From the NCBI RefSeq assembly GCF_018350175.1, contig NC_058382.1, forward strand, positions 52,578,001 to 52,642,000: a stretch of 64,000 nt of DNA. The letters are read 5' to 3'. The position numbers and the translations under genes were made by a program. Under the pieces are notes generated by a model that was given only the letters and a program-made list of their open reading frames with translations, was not told where the DNA came from and ran no database searches. This document shows, piece after piece, positions 37,921 through 51,396 of the stretch (position 1 is the stretch's first letter; each line of letters begins with the position of its first letter). The DNA is from Felis catus (taxonomy: Eukaryota).

Positions 37921-38635
37921 ATAGATGACTTAGAGCCTGACCTCAGGGCCAGGCTGGGAGAGGGGACAAAGTAACAGCCCACACTCCTCTGCCACACCCT
38001 CCCCTTCTGGAGGAATCCTTTGCAGCTGCAACCATTCTGTGAAAACAACGTCCCAAGTTACCTGATAGTATTCTAAAGCCAAACAAATAGGCTATCGCTT
38101 CTGAAAGGTAAATCAAGACAGGGAAATGATGACACATTCACCACAACTGAAGTGTTTGTTGGGCGTTTGAGGACCCTTGGCTTGTTCCAAAGCCTACGTG
38201 TCTGGGACTTCTTTGATATTGCCAGTAATTGGGCACCTGGCTAGAAGCAGAGCTATTTTGGAAATTCTGCATCTCGATTTTAAGAAAGGAGAAGGACGGG
38301 AAAGGGTAGCTGGGTTTAGGTCTCAGAGTTATGTATCCCACCTTGCTCTCTACCAGCAGTATTCCATCAAGTCTTTCTCTACCCTCCCATCCCTGCTGCA
38401 CCTAGACAGTCCTCACCAGGAAGGAGACCACGTTCATCGCAAGAACTGTTTTTATTTCATGATCAAATGTTACCAAGGTATAGGTGGCATGGCCCTCTGA
38501 GGAGCAAGAGATTAAAACTTGCTGCTTTTGTGTGCTTCGTACTTAAAACACCCTTTTCTCCCCCCTTATTTTACCTAAAAACCCTTATTTAGCATGTTAC
38601 AAAAACATGAATATCATCTTCTAAATAAAAATAGT

Positions 38636-39056
38636 TATGATGGTGATGATGATGATGGTGGTGGTGGTGGTGGTGACAATGGTGGTCATGGTGATGATGA
38701 TAGTGATGGTGATGATGCTAGTAATTGTGAGGGTGATGATGATGATGGCAGTGATAATGGTGGAGATGGTGGTGATGATAATGGTGGTGGTGATGGTGAT
38801 ACTGGTAGGGATTATCATGTGATCATGATCATAGTGGTGTTAATAATGGTGATGGTGAGCGTGATGGTGCTGATTGTAGTAATTATGATGGTGGTGGTGG
38901 TGATAATGGTGACCATGGTGGTTATAATGGTGATAGTGATTATGATGGTGGTGGTGGTGGTGATATTGTTGATGACAACCGTGGTGGTGGTGATGGTGAC
39001 GATGATAGTTATGATGATGTTAGTGACGGCTGTGTTGATGATGATGATATCGATGG
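38636..39056. repeat. Degenerate (GAT/GGT)n trinucleotide array at the tail of an antisense MIR
   Basis: About 420 nt of imperfect GAT/GGT triplets; MIR-like sequence follows at 39057-39195. Confidence 0.95.
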
Positions 39057-41334
39057 GTAACATGTATTGAGCACCCACTTTGCTCCATGGAACGTTCATG
39101 GCTCTTTAGATGTAATAACTTTGAATCCTCACACCAGTCTCATAAAATGAGTGCCATTTATCCTCATTTTACATGTAAACCAAGGCAGAGGTTTCAAATA
39201 TGGTTGCAAAGAATATAGTTCTGAAACCTGCTCTCCTAACCATCATCAAACTTTAGTGAATTCTTTTTCTTTTTCAGAAAAAACAAAAACAAAACAGGTT
39301 GGGGCTGTTACATTTGGTAGCAGATGTAAATCATCACCATCATTTATTTTAATTTTCCTCTTCTGACCTTTTCCTTCTTCCTCACTCTTCGCTTCGTCTT
39401 CGTGCCCTCCTTAAACAACCCAGCTACCTGTGATTTACTCTCTTAGACTTATCTGCTTCTTGTTTTCGACTCTCTTCCAGTCACTGCTGCACTTACCTGC
39501 AAGGTACATGAGCTTTCCAATGAATTGTTCTTGCTCCCTGTCCATTTCCCTTCCTTTTTTGAGCACTGATTTTGCCACAGCCCCCTCTCCCCACTCTGGG
39601 GCTACCCTTTTCTGTGGATGAGGACACAGTGTAGAGCTCACCTCTTTTATTCCGGAGTAATGCTTCTAAACATTTGTATTCTGCAGCACTCCAAACATTC
39701 TAAATACTCTCCTCGTTTGGGAAGGAAAAGTCATCCAAACTACTTTGTAATTGAATTCAAGAGTGACGGACCAAAAATTATTAATGCATTTCCTTCTCTC
39801 TGCCAGCTAAAGAGGATTCCATGTTTACTTCACTTTCCACATATAAGCTCCGTTAACTTTTAGGGTTATTTCTTTCCAGTCTTTCTTTTCCATACCCTGT
39901 TTTGTTGTTGTTGTTGCTGTCTTTGTTGTTGTTGTGCATTTTCCTAGTTGTAATCATAATCATACTAGATGTGGAATTTTGAGGTATTTTTGATAATATT
40001 ATTAGAGCATTACAAAGGCTTCATATAATATATTCTCTGAAGATAGATATAAGGCATGCTGTTATTTTATGTTCCACTAAGGGAAAAACATTGTCAACTA
40101 AACAGTGATGCAAAGCTCTCTTCTCTCAGAACTTATTATTACATATCTATTAAAAAAAAGATATTTTGACTTATTTAGTCGGAGAATTCATCCTATATCA
40201 GGTGGCCATTTCCATGCCTTTCTGGAAACACAGTGAATTTGATTACAATACTGAATCATTGCATCATCTTTCCGAAGACATTTTAAGTGTCAAACTCAAC
40301 ATGGATAACACCAAAAGTGCACTTATTTCCACTGAAATGCAGAACATCTCGGTTGTTGCCATGTAACAGGAAAAAGACTAAAACACATCTCAAAATGGAT
40401 GAAAGGTGGTCTGTCATTTACGATGGCTGTCGGATAGTTGGGTACGTATGTGCCACACTTGACTTAACTATTCTCTTAACAAGTTTCCATTAAGCTCCTC
40501 CTACTGTGTGTGTGGCACTGTGCACTTTAGTGAACCATACTGTGGTGACTGTGGACAGGCACAGGCTGGTGGAGAGGACCAGATGTTGGCGGGGAGATGC
40601 GCTCTTGCATACACCACAGCAAGGAGAGAGTGGGAAGGGAGGAAGGAGTCTGTACCTGCCATCCAGCTGTGCTTTGTGTGAGCTCCTTCTGGGAGGCCGT
40701 TAGATCACCTTCACGAAAGCCAGGGCCTCCAGCTGAAAACTGGGATGGTCTGGAACGCATCTTTCAAAGCTGATGGGCATGACATTGGGAGTCCTGAGAC
40801 CTGGGGAGAGGTGGGAGCTGCTATTTACTGGGGCCAGTGATGTGCCAAGTAACCCCCCATGTCTTTTAGAAAGACATAAATATTGTCTTATAAATACAAG
40901 TGGTGATGGTGGTGATGATCATGGTGATATCAGTGGGTAACATGCACTCAACGCCAACTTTGCACCATGCGATTTTCATGACTGTTTATATGCAATAGTA
41001 CATTTCACAAGGCCCTGGAAGAACAGTGCCATCCTGATCCCCATATTACCCAGAAATCATGTAACCACACATTCCTTATCATAGGTGGATATTACTGTCT
41101 TCCTTTTGTAGATGGGGAACCCAAGGGTCAAAGGAGATAAGCTCAAGTTCACAGGTAAAAATGGGAGGGCAAGGTCCTTTTGTGACCCTGATCAGACACA
41201 GCTCTCCAGTTTCCCCCACTGAAGCTGACAGGTAAAGAAGAGAAATCTGTGGCCCCCTCCTGGCTTTTCTTCCGCCAGGAGCACTCAGGAAGCTAGTGAG
41301 TGAAGTTCTTAACTAACCATTGGGAAGTTGTGTA

Positions 41335-41535
41335 AGGTAGTGATGTAAGTATAGGCTCTGGAGGTGAGCTGCTAGCCCTGTGTCTATGAGAAAATGATTT
41401 CCTCTCCCTGAGCCTCAGCTTCCTCATCTCCAGAGTGGCACTAAATAATAGAAATGGCCTCAGAGCTGCTGCGAAAATTAAATGAGAATACATACACAGT
41501 GTGAGGCTCTCAGTCAGTGTTTGCCATTGGTATTG
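41335..41535 (+). mobile_element. MIR
   Basis: cctctccctgagcctcagcttcctcatct...attaaatgagaata. Confidence 0.8.
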
Positions 41536-42429
41536 TTACGTAGTTGCCCTTAGCCAACAGGTTTATGAGGTAGGAAGCCTGATGAGCAAGCGGTTCAGAA
41601 GTAGGCTGCCTGAAGTCTTCGTTGGAAACCAGTGGCTCCAAGGTCAACCTCAGACCTTGCACCCAATGAGCAACGTCTGTCAGTCCCAAGGACTGCCAGA
41701 GAGTATGCGGAGCTGGGAAGGCAGCCATGCATTCCCTTTAGTGTCCAGCTGCCACCTGCTGACAAGCCTGAGGTCATACTCACAACCCAGGAGGCCCCAG
41801 GGGTCATTCTCATCCCCTGTCTGTAGCCGGTCAGAGGGGCCCATGGGCAGAGGAGCATCATACCAGCTCCCAAGCAGTACGTGTGGCAGCAGCGATTACA
41901 GCTAAGGAGGAGCTAAACTCTAGAGGCTTGTGCTGTCCCCAGGGAATACACCAATTGAGAAACAACATCCATAAAAAATAATTCAGTACTAGTATGTAAA
42001 ACTAAAAACAATAACCAAGTGTGACTGGCTGTCGCGAATTAAGGAAAGCAAGACGAAGTGTGTCTTGCCAGCAGGTAACTCCCAGCAAAGGAGAGCAGGG
42101 CCACAGCGATTCTCACTCCCCACCTTCGAGGGGAAGGTGTCACCTTTGGCTGCAGGAATTCACACCTCTTGGCAGCAGCTCTGAATCTCTTTGGGCACCA
42201 GCTTCTGGGAAGGAGAGTCAGTTAAGACTGTTTTTTGGGGGCACAAGGAGGTCTCACACTAAAGCACACAGCCCTACAGCCAGAGGTGTGCTGATAAATG
42301 TTCAACACCTGGGCCTCTGGGAGAAAATAGAGTGTGCATGTATTCATATACACACATGCAGAGCTATTATAAGTTGCTGGTAGAATAAATGCTTAGCACA
42401 TAATTTACAAATAATAATATACACAATAC

Positions 42430-43650
42430 TAATTCTTATAAGCAGTCACCACTGTCTAATTCCAGAACATTTTTATCTTCTCCCAAAGAGGCCCCACATC
42501 CACCAAACAGTCATTCCCCATCCTCACCTCCATCCCCTGGAAACTATTAATCTCCTTTCTGTCTCTATGGAGTTGCCTATTCTAAATAGAATATTTCATA
42601 TATGTAGCCTTTTATGTCTGGTTATTTCACTTAGCATAATGTATTCAAATTTCATTCATGTGATAGCATCTGTCAGTAAGTACTTCATTCCTTTATATCA
42701 GTAAGTAATATTCCATTGTATGGATATACCACATTTTCTTTATCTGCTTACCAGCTGATGAACATTGAGTTGTTTCTGCTTCTAATTTGGCCATTATGAA
42801 CTTTGCTACTATAATCATTCATGTGCACGTTTTTTCTGAACACCTGTTTTCTATTCTGTTGGGTATATACTTAGGAGTGGAATATGGGGGTCATAGAGTA
42901 TATTTAATTTTTTGAGCAATCACCAAATGGTTTTTCCACAGTGTCTGCATCATTTTATATTCCAACTCACAATGAATGATGGTTCCAATTTCTCTACAGC
43001 CTTGCCAACCCTTGTATGTTCTCTTTGTTTGCTTGTTGTTTTTATTACAGCTATCCCAGTAGATGGGAAGTGGTATCTTATTGTGGTTCTGATTTGCATT
43101 TCCCTAATGACTAATGATGTTGAGCATCTTTTCATATGCTTATTGCCCATTTGCGTATCTCCTTTGGAAAAATGTCTATTCAACTCTTTTATCTGTCTTT
43201 TTTTTTTTTTAATGTTTATTTACTTTTGAGAGAGAGACAGAGCACAAGCAGGGGGGTGGGGAGGTTGCAGAGAGAGACAGAGACACAGAATCCAAAACAG
43301 GCTCCAGGCTCTAAGCTGTCAGCACAGAACCCAATGCAGGGCTTGAAGTTACAAACCGTGAGGTCCTGACCTGAGCCGAAGTCTGATGCTCAACCGACTG
43401 AGCCCCAGGTGCCCCTTTTCCATCTTTTAATTGGATTATGGTTTTTTGTTGAGTTGTAATATTCTGGATACTAGAACCTTATCAATATGTGGTTTGCACA
43501 TAGGTTTTTCTAGTCTGTAGGTGATCTTTTAACTCTCTTGTTAATATCCTCTGATGGACAAAACCTTTAAATGTTGATGAAGTCTAGTGTATTTTTTTTT
43601 TTTTTTGTCTTTTGCAGCTTGTGCTTTTGGGGTCATATCTAAGAATCAAA
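42430..43650 (-). mobile_element. L1M (L1MB-like) 3' portion interrupted by a Can-SINE
   Basis: ORF 42950-43183(-) [38 protein letters not shown] is L1 ORF2p C-terminal sequence; L1 3' UTR motifs at 42430-42900. Confidence 0.92.
43198..43415 (-). mobile_element. Can-SINE (SINEC_Fc-type) nested in L1
   Basis: polyT, (GA)n, caggctccaggctctaagctgtcagcacaga, ending caggtgcccc. Confidence 0.95.
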
Positions 43651-44789
43651 GCAAGTCATATGGAGTGGGGCCCTGCACATTTGCATGATAGAGGGCACAC
43701 ATAAGAGTGTAGTGAAGAACTGGGGCCATTAATACAATTTTGTCACATCATGATTGGCTTACATTGTCTCTAGTATGTCTGCCAGGAACTTTGCCACCCA
43801 AACAGAATCACAATTCTGTTAGCAAGAAAGGAAGAAGAACAGTTTGGGCAGACAACATGTAGAGCTTACAACCCAAATTGATTGGGAATCTCACCTGTAG
43901 GAATCTGAGATCAAGGCTGGCCAAAGCACTGTGCGATGGCTGAGGATGTGTTTGGTACCTCTCCCCGAGGGATAGAACGTGGTCATGGAAGCAAACGTCC
44001 AGGAAGGCCAAGCCACTCACCAGGATCCCCAACAGAGAGCTTGATTGTCCATAGCTCTGTTCTCTGTTTTCCCTGGACGGCTGAGGCTTAGCAGTAACAG
44101 ATGCCAAGCGTAGAAGGAGAGAGAGAGCTGTTGCAGAGAAAGGAGGAAAGACACAGATCCAAATCCCTGTCGATAACCAGGATGGTGGAACAGAGATCTC
44201 TCTCTGTATCCTAGTGACTCTCAAGTGATACAAGTATGATCCGTAAGATGGAGAATCTCCTTCCTGTTTCTAGTTGAAATGCCCAAATTCTTTTACTCCT
44301 CAAAGTTGGAATGATACAACATAGACTCTTTAGCTGCTCTTGACTCAAGAATATAAACTGACCATTGACTTTCCTCATTTTTTATCCAATTTTGCCTTCC
44401 ATAAGCCCAGATATGACTTCATTTTTAAAATGAAATTTTGCAGGTCATTAGCCCATAATTAAATGATTCTGGTTATTAGCATAAAACACAGCTGTGGTAC
44501 ATGAGAGGTAACCTTTATTGTTTAAATATCATGCAGTGTGTTCACATAGTGCCCAGCAAAATTCTATTTTTTTCAGACTATTCAGCCATTATGGAAATGA
44601 CTTATGATTTCATTCAGAAATGTTACAAATGCACTTCATCATTTCAGTGGGGGTAAACATTGCCTAGAATAGTTCCTAAGAGGAAACCAGGTCAGGAACA
44701 GGGAAATTTTTGACATGGAAGAGAGCCCCCAGCAGGTAGGGCTCAGAAAGACTTGTGCCATATGGAAAAGTTCTTAATATCTTGGGCTT

Positions 44790-45030
44790 TTGGGTAGCAG
44801 TGACCTGGATTCAAATCCCACTTTCTGTGTCCCCTTAGGCAAAATACTTAAACTCTCTGAACACCAATTTCCCCGTCCAAAACACCCCCAAAAGGGTAAG
44901 TTATGCCTCCCTCTTAGGGTTCCTGTGAGATTCAAGGAGGGAATGTCTTCTTGTGGTGGGCACAGCCCTGGACCCATAGTGAACGCTCAGCATCATAGCT
45001 GCTGCTATTATTACTGCTATTGCTGGTGCC
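44790..45030 (+). mobile_element. MIR
   Basis: gacctggattcaaatccca...ttaggcaaaatacttaaactctctgaac. Confidence 0.75.
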
Positions 45031-45999
45031 ATTACTCTCACACGCTAGTATAATAAGGCGATGCTCTGGCCTGGGAAGGTGGGGACCCCTGTCGTTAGAC
45101 AGCCCAAGCAGCACCTGCCTATTGCAGAAGGTTCAGCAGCGGGCCATGGAACTGCCACCTGTGGCTCCTTGGACCTGTCTGCCCTTGAGTAAGTCAGTGA
45201 CGAAGAAATGACTTGCCTTTTGTGTAGTAACTTTGTGCCTGACATACTGCAGATATCCGTGGTTGACCACTTAATCTTGTCATTATCACACAAGCATTCC
45301 AGTAAGTCTGTAAATAGTAGGAGTTGGAGGCTTCAGGCTGGTCTCTGAGCTGGTGGTTTCTCCAGTCTATCCAATGTACGTGGTGGTGGTTAAGGAGATC
45401 CCTCCTTGAAGAATAGCTCTGGTGATGGTGCTGGAGATAGTGATAATGTTGATCATGACAGTGATCATAGCCTGAATTATCGAGCACTCAAAAGCTGGTA
45501 GATATGGTGCTACATGCTTTACAGGTTATTGTGTCATTTACATTTCACAGATAATCTCTTTCTACATACAAGGAAAATGAGGGACAAACACTTCAACTTA
45601 TCTCTGATCTCACGTAGGGTCCTTGAGTCCAGCAGTCTCACCCCAGAAAGCTGGCTCTTGATCACTGTGCCCTTCTGTCTGTCCAGTTGTTTGGTCAACG
45701 AGTAGAGTGGGAAGGAAGTCCTTAACTTCTGCGGGCCACCTACAGACTGCAACAAAATGTTTTCTCCAACCTCAGTCTCGATGGGATGAGCGCTCATTAG
45801 TTGCTCTACGTCATACCTGGGGCTTTAGACCACTGCTGGGTCTTCCTGTTCTAAAACAGAACCCACAGTGCACATGGATGTCTGGAAAACGCTGCCTTGG
45901 AGGGCCGCACTTCCCTTCCCAACTTAACACTGACTTCCAGACCTGGCTCTTGAATTTCATCCCTTTTTGCAGCAAGTACACAACCTTCATTCGGCCAGC

Positions 46000-46190
46000 C
46001 TCTGGGAATTGAGTCTCGTGGGTAGGTCCCTTATGTTTCTAAACCTCAGTTTTCTCATCTATAAGATGGGGATAATAATGACATCTACCTAATATATTTG
46101 AGGAGGAAATGAGACATTGTATGCAAAGTATCTCGTAAAGTGGCTGACAGATAAGAACCCAATGAATACTGGCTATTTTCAGCACCACCA
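46000..46190 (+). mobile_element. MIR
   Basis: cctcagttttctcatctataagatggggataataat core. Confidence 0.8.
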
Positions 46191-46412
46191 TTATCTTCAC
46201 CGCCAAATGGATACAGAAACATAAGGTTCAAGTAAGTGAAATATGGTAAGATAATGAATGAAAAGTAAAATTAGTTGATGTCTATAATAAGACAAAAAAG
46301 CCTCCTGTGTATATTTATATCTTAAAGATCCAAGATCTGTCATTGGTTTTTCAAACAGGGTGTGGTAAAAACTTAGGCTGCTGACAAGAATTGCTTTAAA
46401 TGTTTACTTAGC

Positions 46413-46647
46413 AGGGACATTGGGGTGGCTCAGTTGGTTAAGTCTCCAATTTCAGCTCAGGTCATGATCTCGTGATTCATGAGTTTGAGCCCCACATCAG
46501 GCTCTGTGCTGACAGCTCAGAGCCTGGAGCCTACTTCTGATTCTGTGTCTTCCTCTCTCTCTGCCTCATGATCTCTCTCTCTGTCTCTCAAAAATAAATA
46601 AAAACATTAAAAAAACCCACATCAATTAAAAAATTAAAAATAAAAAT
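46413..46647 (+). mobile_element. Can-SINE (SINEC_Fc-type)
   Basis: Full head and tail; TSD aatgtttacttagc/aatgtgtacctagc (12/14). Confidence 0.95.
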
Positions 46648-46704
46648 GAATGTGTACCTAGCTGTCATACTGAAAACACTTCTTGACTCCCTTCCAGAAC
46701 TTTC

Positions 46705-47110
46705 TTCTTTTAGTTGAGACTGGCTAACTGCTCTAACAAACAACTCCCAGAACTAAAGTTGATTTCTTGTTCAAGTTACAATCAGTGAGTCGGTGAGCAG
46801 CTGGCCTCCTATGCTGTGATCCAGGCACTCAGGCTTTGACATCTTGGGTTCATCCATCCCTTAGAGCCTCAGATCTTCTCCTGGATCCTCAAAATCCAGA
46901 CATTGGATGAAGGAAGAAAGAGAATAGGACTCCCAGGAGGTTTTTATGGGCCAAGCCTAGAAGCAATGAGATCACTCTTACCTACTTTCCATTGTCCAGA
47001 ACTCAGTCACATGGTCACACATAGCTAGGAGAGGGTCTGGGAAGTATCCTATGGTGATGCCATCAGGAGGCAAGAGAAATGTTTTCAGTGTCACATTGTC
47101 TTGTCTGCCT
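46705..47110 (-). mobile_element. MaLR solo LTR (MLT1I/J-like)
   Basis: tgctctaacaaacaactccca; ccattgtccagaactcagtcacatggtcacac. Confidence 0.75.
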
Positions 47111-47147
47111 TGCTCTCTACTATATTACTTTCAAATTGCACAGTCTT

Positions 47148-47315
47148 AGTGCGCCTGGGTGGCTCAGTGGGTTGAGCTTCCAACTTCAGTTCGGGTCTCG
47201 ATCTCACGGTTGGTGGGTTTAAGCCCCACGTCAGTTTCTGTGCTTACAGCTCAGAGCCTGGAGCCTGATTCAGGTTCTGTGTCTCACTATTTCTCTGCCC
47301 CTCCCCTGCTCACTT

Positions 47316-47350
<35 letters not shown>

Positions 47351-47375
47351 AAAATAAATAAACATCAAAAAATTT
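47148..47375 (+). mobile_element. Can-SINE (SINEC_Fc-type), first of a tandem pair
   Basis: gcgcctgggtggctcag head, agagcctggagcctg, (CT)n, aataaataaacat. Confidence 0.95.
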
Positions 47376-47390
47376 AAATGGCACTGCCTT

Positions 47391-47566
47391 AGGGCACCTG
47401 GGTGGCTCAGTCGGTTAAGCGTCCAACTCTTGATTTTGGCCCAGGTCATGATCTCAAAGTTTGTGAGATCGAGGCTCGCATTGGGCTCTGCTCTGACAGC
47501 ATGGAATTTGCTTGAGATTCTCTGTCTCCATCACTGCCCCCGCCCCAAATAGATAATTTTTTTTTT
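47391..47566 (+). mobile_element. Can-SINE (older subfamily), second of the pair
   Basis: gggcacctgggtggctcagtcggttaagcgtccaactcttgattttggc head; decayed tail. Confidence 0.92.
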
Positions 47567-49717
47567 TAATTGTGCAGTCTTGTATAAACCACACCAGTTT
47601 TATTTAGCCTTTTGGAAAATAATTAATTATTGTCCATATTCATCGCAAAAATATGTGTTTATTTGTATCATTGCCATGTATTATCAAGAGACCTGAATTT
47701 CACTTCCCAGCTCAGCCATTCAGCCATTCAGGTGGAGCTCAGACTGCCTTAGTTCTTATCTTTATCTTAAGTTTCCTTATCAGTAGAATCAAGGAAATTG
47801 TACCCGCCCTGCCTGCTTGTGTTGGGTGAGGATGAGATGACCTGATCTGTGACAGTCCCTTGTGACCAAGAGAACCTGTGGGGTGGGAGGGGTGGGGGGG
47901 AGGGTAGATGTCTTAAGACAGTTACTTCTTACCTGAATAAGACACAGAACATAACCACGTGTTACTCAAGACATGCCTTTTTTGTTTTTAAGGGTCAAAG
48001 TGGTAAAAATAATGAAAGTTCGATATAAAGGGCAGTCCTGAGCCACAAGCTTATATTAATTCCCCAAACCCCAAGAGCAGAACCTTCCCCACAAGGCTCA
48101 CTGCAAGAGATGCTCCCTGGGCAGCGTGGGTCCAGACTAGGGTGCTGGGCAGACCTAGCCAGGCTCCGTCCCACCCCCAGTACTGGTGTATTTCCAACCC
48201 TGGACCTCAGTTAAGTCAATATTCCTGAGCTTCCATTTGCTCATTGGAAAAATGAGCAGACCCATCCAGCTTCATGAGACTGATGAGGACAAATAAAATC
48301 ACAGAAAATCGCTCGGGCTGCAAGGGATCTCAGCTCATCAAGTCAAAACTGCTCTTGCTTCTAAGGAAACTGAGGCCCAGAGAGATGGGTCACTACCCAG
48401 GCTCTGTAGGGAGAGCTGGGCGGAGCCTCACACGGAGCCCAGACCCCCTCCACCCCCTCCGCCCCAATGCTCCTGGCCCTTTAAACCCACTGCGTTGTCT
48501 CCATGATGTGCGCACAACCCATTTGCAGAAGTTAAGGCGCTAAATGCAAGGCCATCGTTGCGGTTATTAATCCAAACTGAGTTTCCCCCATGCTCTTGTG
48601 GAATCTGGGTCACAAAAAGTGAAAGTCAGGTTCAGACTGACAGTGCTTTTCAAAGGAAAAAAAAAAATCTTGCCTTTCTTTAGCTAGAGGTCAAATGTCA
48701 GAAAAGCTAATAACAGAACAAGAGGGACCCACGGATATAATCGACAAAGGAAAAAAAACTGGTGAGATGAGGGAACAAAAGATATATTATCATTAATATG
48801 CTGCTTTTTGTTATGTACTCGTGCGCCTGGAATTATTGTACAGCCCATACCCACGTCCTTAGGCAGAAAGCACCTTATCATTCACAAGCTTAGCTATATA
48901 ATATATCTTCTCCCCCAGGGGAGTTTGTTGTGTTTTTTTTTTTTCTTTTTCTTTCTTTCTTTTTTTTTTTTTTTTTCTGGAGAGGTTTACAATGATTCTT
49001 TCCCTATAGGCTTTTCTTGATACATATATATTTTTAATTTCTCACCGTCTCAGGGGTAAATAAATATATTAAAATAAGCTATGGGATGTATAGCAGAGTA
49101 TAACAATGATAAATGATGTTGTGTGTAATTTTTCTACTATTAACATAAAGTAATATAAACTGAAGGACACTAGTCTATTGAGAGACTTAGAAGCTAATGT
49201 TCCATATCAGATGTGGCCAATGTCAGGACTGAATACAGATTAGGCAGTGTCCTTTTCTCCCCAGGGGAATTAAAGTTTGAGACACCACTAGCTGCTAGTG
49301 GTTTTACGGCATTTTGTTGGGGCCGGTGGTGCCTTTCTTGGTCTATTAATTCAGGAGCCGTAAATGACAATGTGAGCAAAATGCTTTTCCGGTGGGATGC
49401 ATTTCATTTATGCATGCTTCTATCACCAGCACCTCGTCAATCCATTTTGTCACAATAAGTGTTTTTAAATTGTGGAGATTACCTCTACTTCATTATGGTC
49501 CCCTAGCATTGGTGTCTTAGTCAAGGCTATTACGTAAAGTTAGGAAATATTTAAAACTCTCTGTTTCCAGAGAGCAAGGGAGGCCGAGGAGAAAAGTTCG
49601 TCAGAGTTAGACTTGTCTCTTGTGTTCTTCCCCAGCTGAGAGTTCATGGCCAGGTTGCACTCTGCAGGGAGGAGTAAAAACCCCAGGTCAGGTGCTTGCC
49701 AAAATCCCCTCCCCCAC

Positions 49718-49831
<114 letters not shown>

Positions 49832-51396
49832 AACTTCAGGGTGTCCCTCTGGGTTTGGAAACACACATTCATACAAATGTGATTGCTGCATTTTTAAGAG
49901 CTCGTCAACATTTAAGATTTTTCTTTTAAAAGCGATTATCTCACCAGTGATATCATCTGAAAGCTGGAGGTGTTTTATTTTATTTTAAATAATCTTTTTG
50001 TAACACTTCATTGTCGAGATGAGAAATCTATTCTAAATCCTTCCTGGTATGGATGAGGAGAGTGAAGCCCAGAGAGAGGGACTTGTTCAAGGTCGCCCAC
50101 TTTCTCTGGCACTTTGCTGTCCTTTCTGCTCCCCGTATGGCCCCTTCTCGTTATGCCCTCCCCAAACGTATTCTGATGGAAATAAGGAAAAGATAAAGGG
50201 GGAAAGTGAGTGAGTCATTCTGACAAAAATCTAATCAGATACATTGGGTTGTGTTGCCACAAGCTGCAGAAATTATACACAGCATAAAAACTAAAAATAT
50301 ATATTAATCGTACTCTCAAATACACGTGTGACTTTAGAAAAATTTTTGTATGAATAAATACTTTTCCTTGAAATTTGTCTTGGCTCTAAGGCATGAGTTG
50401 GGAACTTCTCCCACGTCTGGAATTCGAGGACTGGGGTCTGGATTAACTCTTTTTCTCTCTCACCCCATTAAATGGGCAGAAGGGAGCTAACACTTGGGTT
50501 TTACCACACATATTGTTATCCTTTGGGTTGGCTCTGAGATGATACGTTTGTCACGGTTCATAAATTTTATCTTTGCACTAAAAACAGGGTTAGAATATCT
50601 TCAATGCAATTATAAAAATGTATTAAAACTGAGAAGGAGAAAAAATATGGTGGTAGATGCGATTTTAATGATTGTATAAATGTTCACTGTTCCGTGGCAA
50701 AAAAAAAAAAAAAAAGTCATGCTTTTCAGCCACAGTATTTCAGAGGAATGCCAGGGAAGGGCCAGGTTTCCCATAAATGCATGCCATGTGTTTTCAGCAG
50801 AAAGCCCAAAGCCAAATATGTTGCACTGAGATTTTGCTTGGAAAGAGGTGAGCAGATGGTGTAGTGTGATGTCTACAGGTTATGATTCTGTAGGACCCTC
50901 TAGACACTGGGTGTGAAAATCACCCGGAAGAAGGTGTCACTCTCAGCTTCTTCCTTCTCCTAAGAAAGAATTTGCAGGGCTGGGGAATAGGAGTAAGCGT
51001 GCGAGATCAGAATTAGCCCTCCACATGCATTGCCGCACAGAGACTGTCCTCACTGGTAGGATTTGTCATTCACTTCCTTTGCTAAAAGGTTCGCAACATC
51101 AGCTGACAATCAGTGGGGAAGCTAGACACAGCGGAGATGCACCTGCACATATTTGAGGGGTTCACGTGGAAGCTCCCCTAATTTCAGATCGCTTTTCAGA
51201 GTGAGAAAATTTGTTCAAAAACCCAAATGCTTAGTTGGCCAAGGTAGGTGTGTCTAGTCTATCAGGCTTGTTGCAAACTTCTCTAGAGATCACATTTTCT
51301 CCCCTGCACTCACTTGACTGATTTTCTTAGTCAATAAATAAGCTGATAGCTTCTAAAGTTGTGACTGGGTGTTCCCCAATATAAAACATGAAGCAG

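Noticed and set aside
38594..39099. Long ORFs on both strands (158 aa Asp/Gly then Met/Val-rich; Ile/Thr-rich)
   Set aside because: Artefacts of the stop-poor GAT/GGT triplet array
42950..43183. ORF with genuine protein similarity
   Set aside because: Decayed L1 ORF2 fragment, truncated and SINE-interrupted; not a host gene
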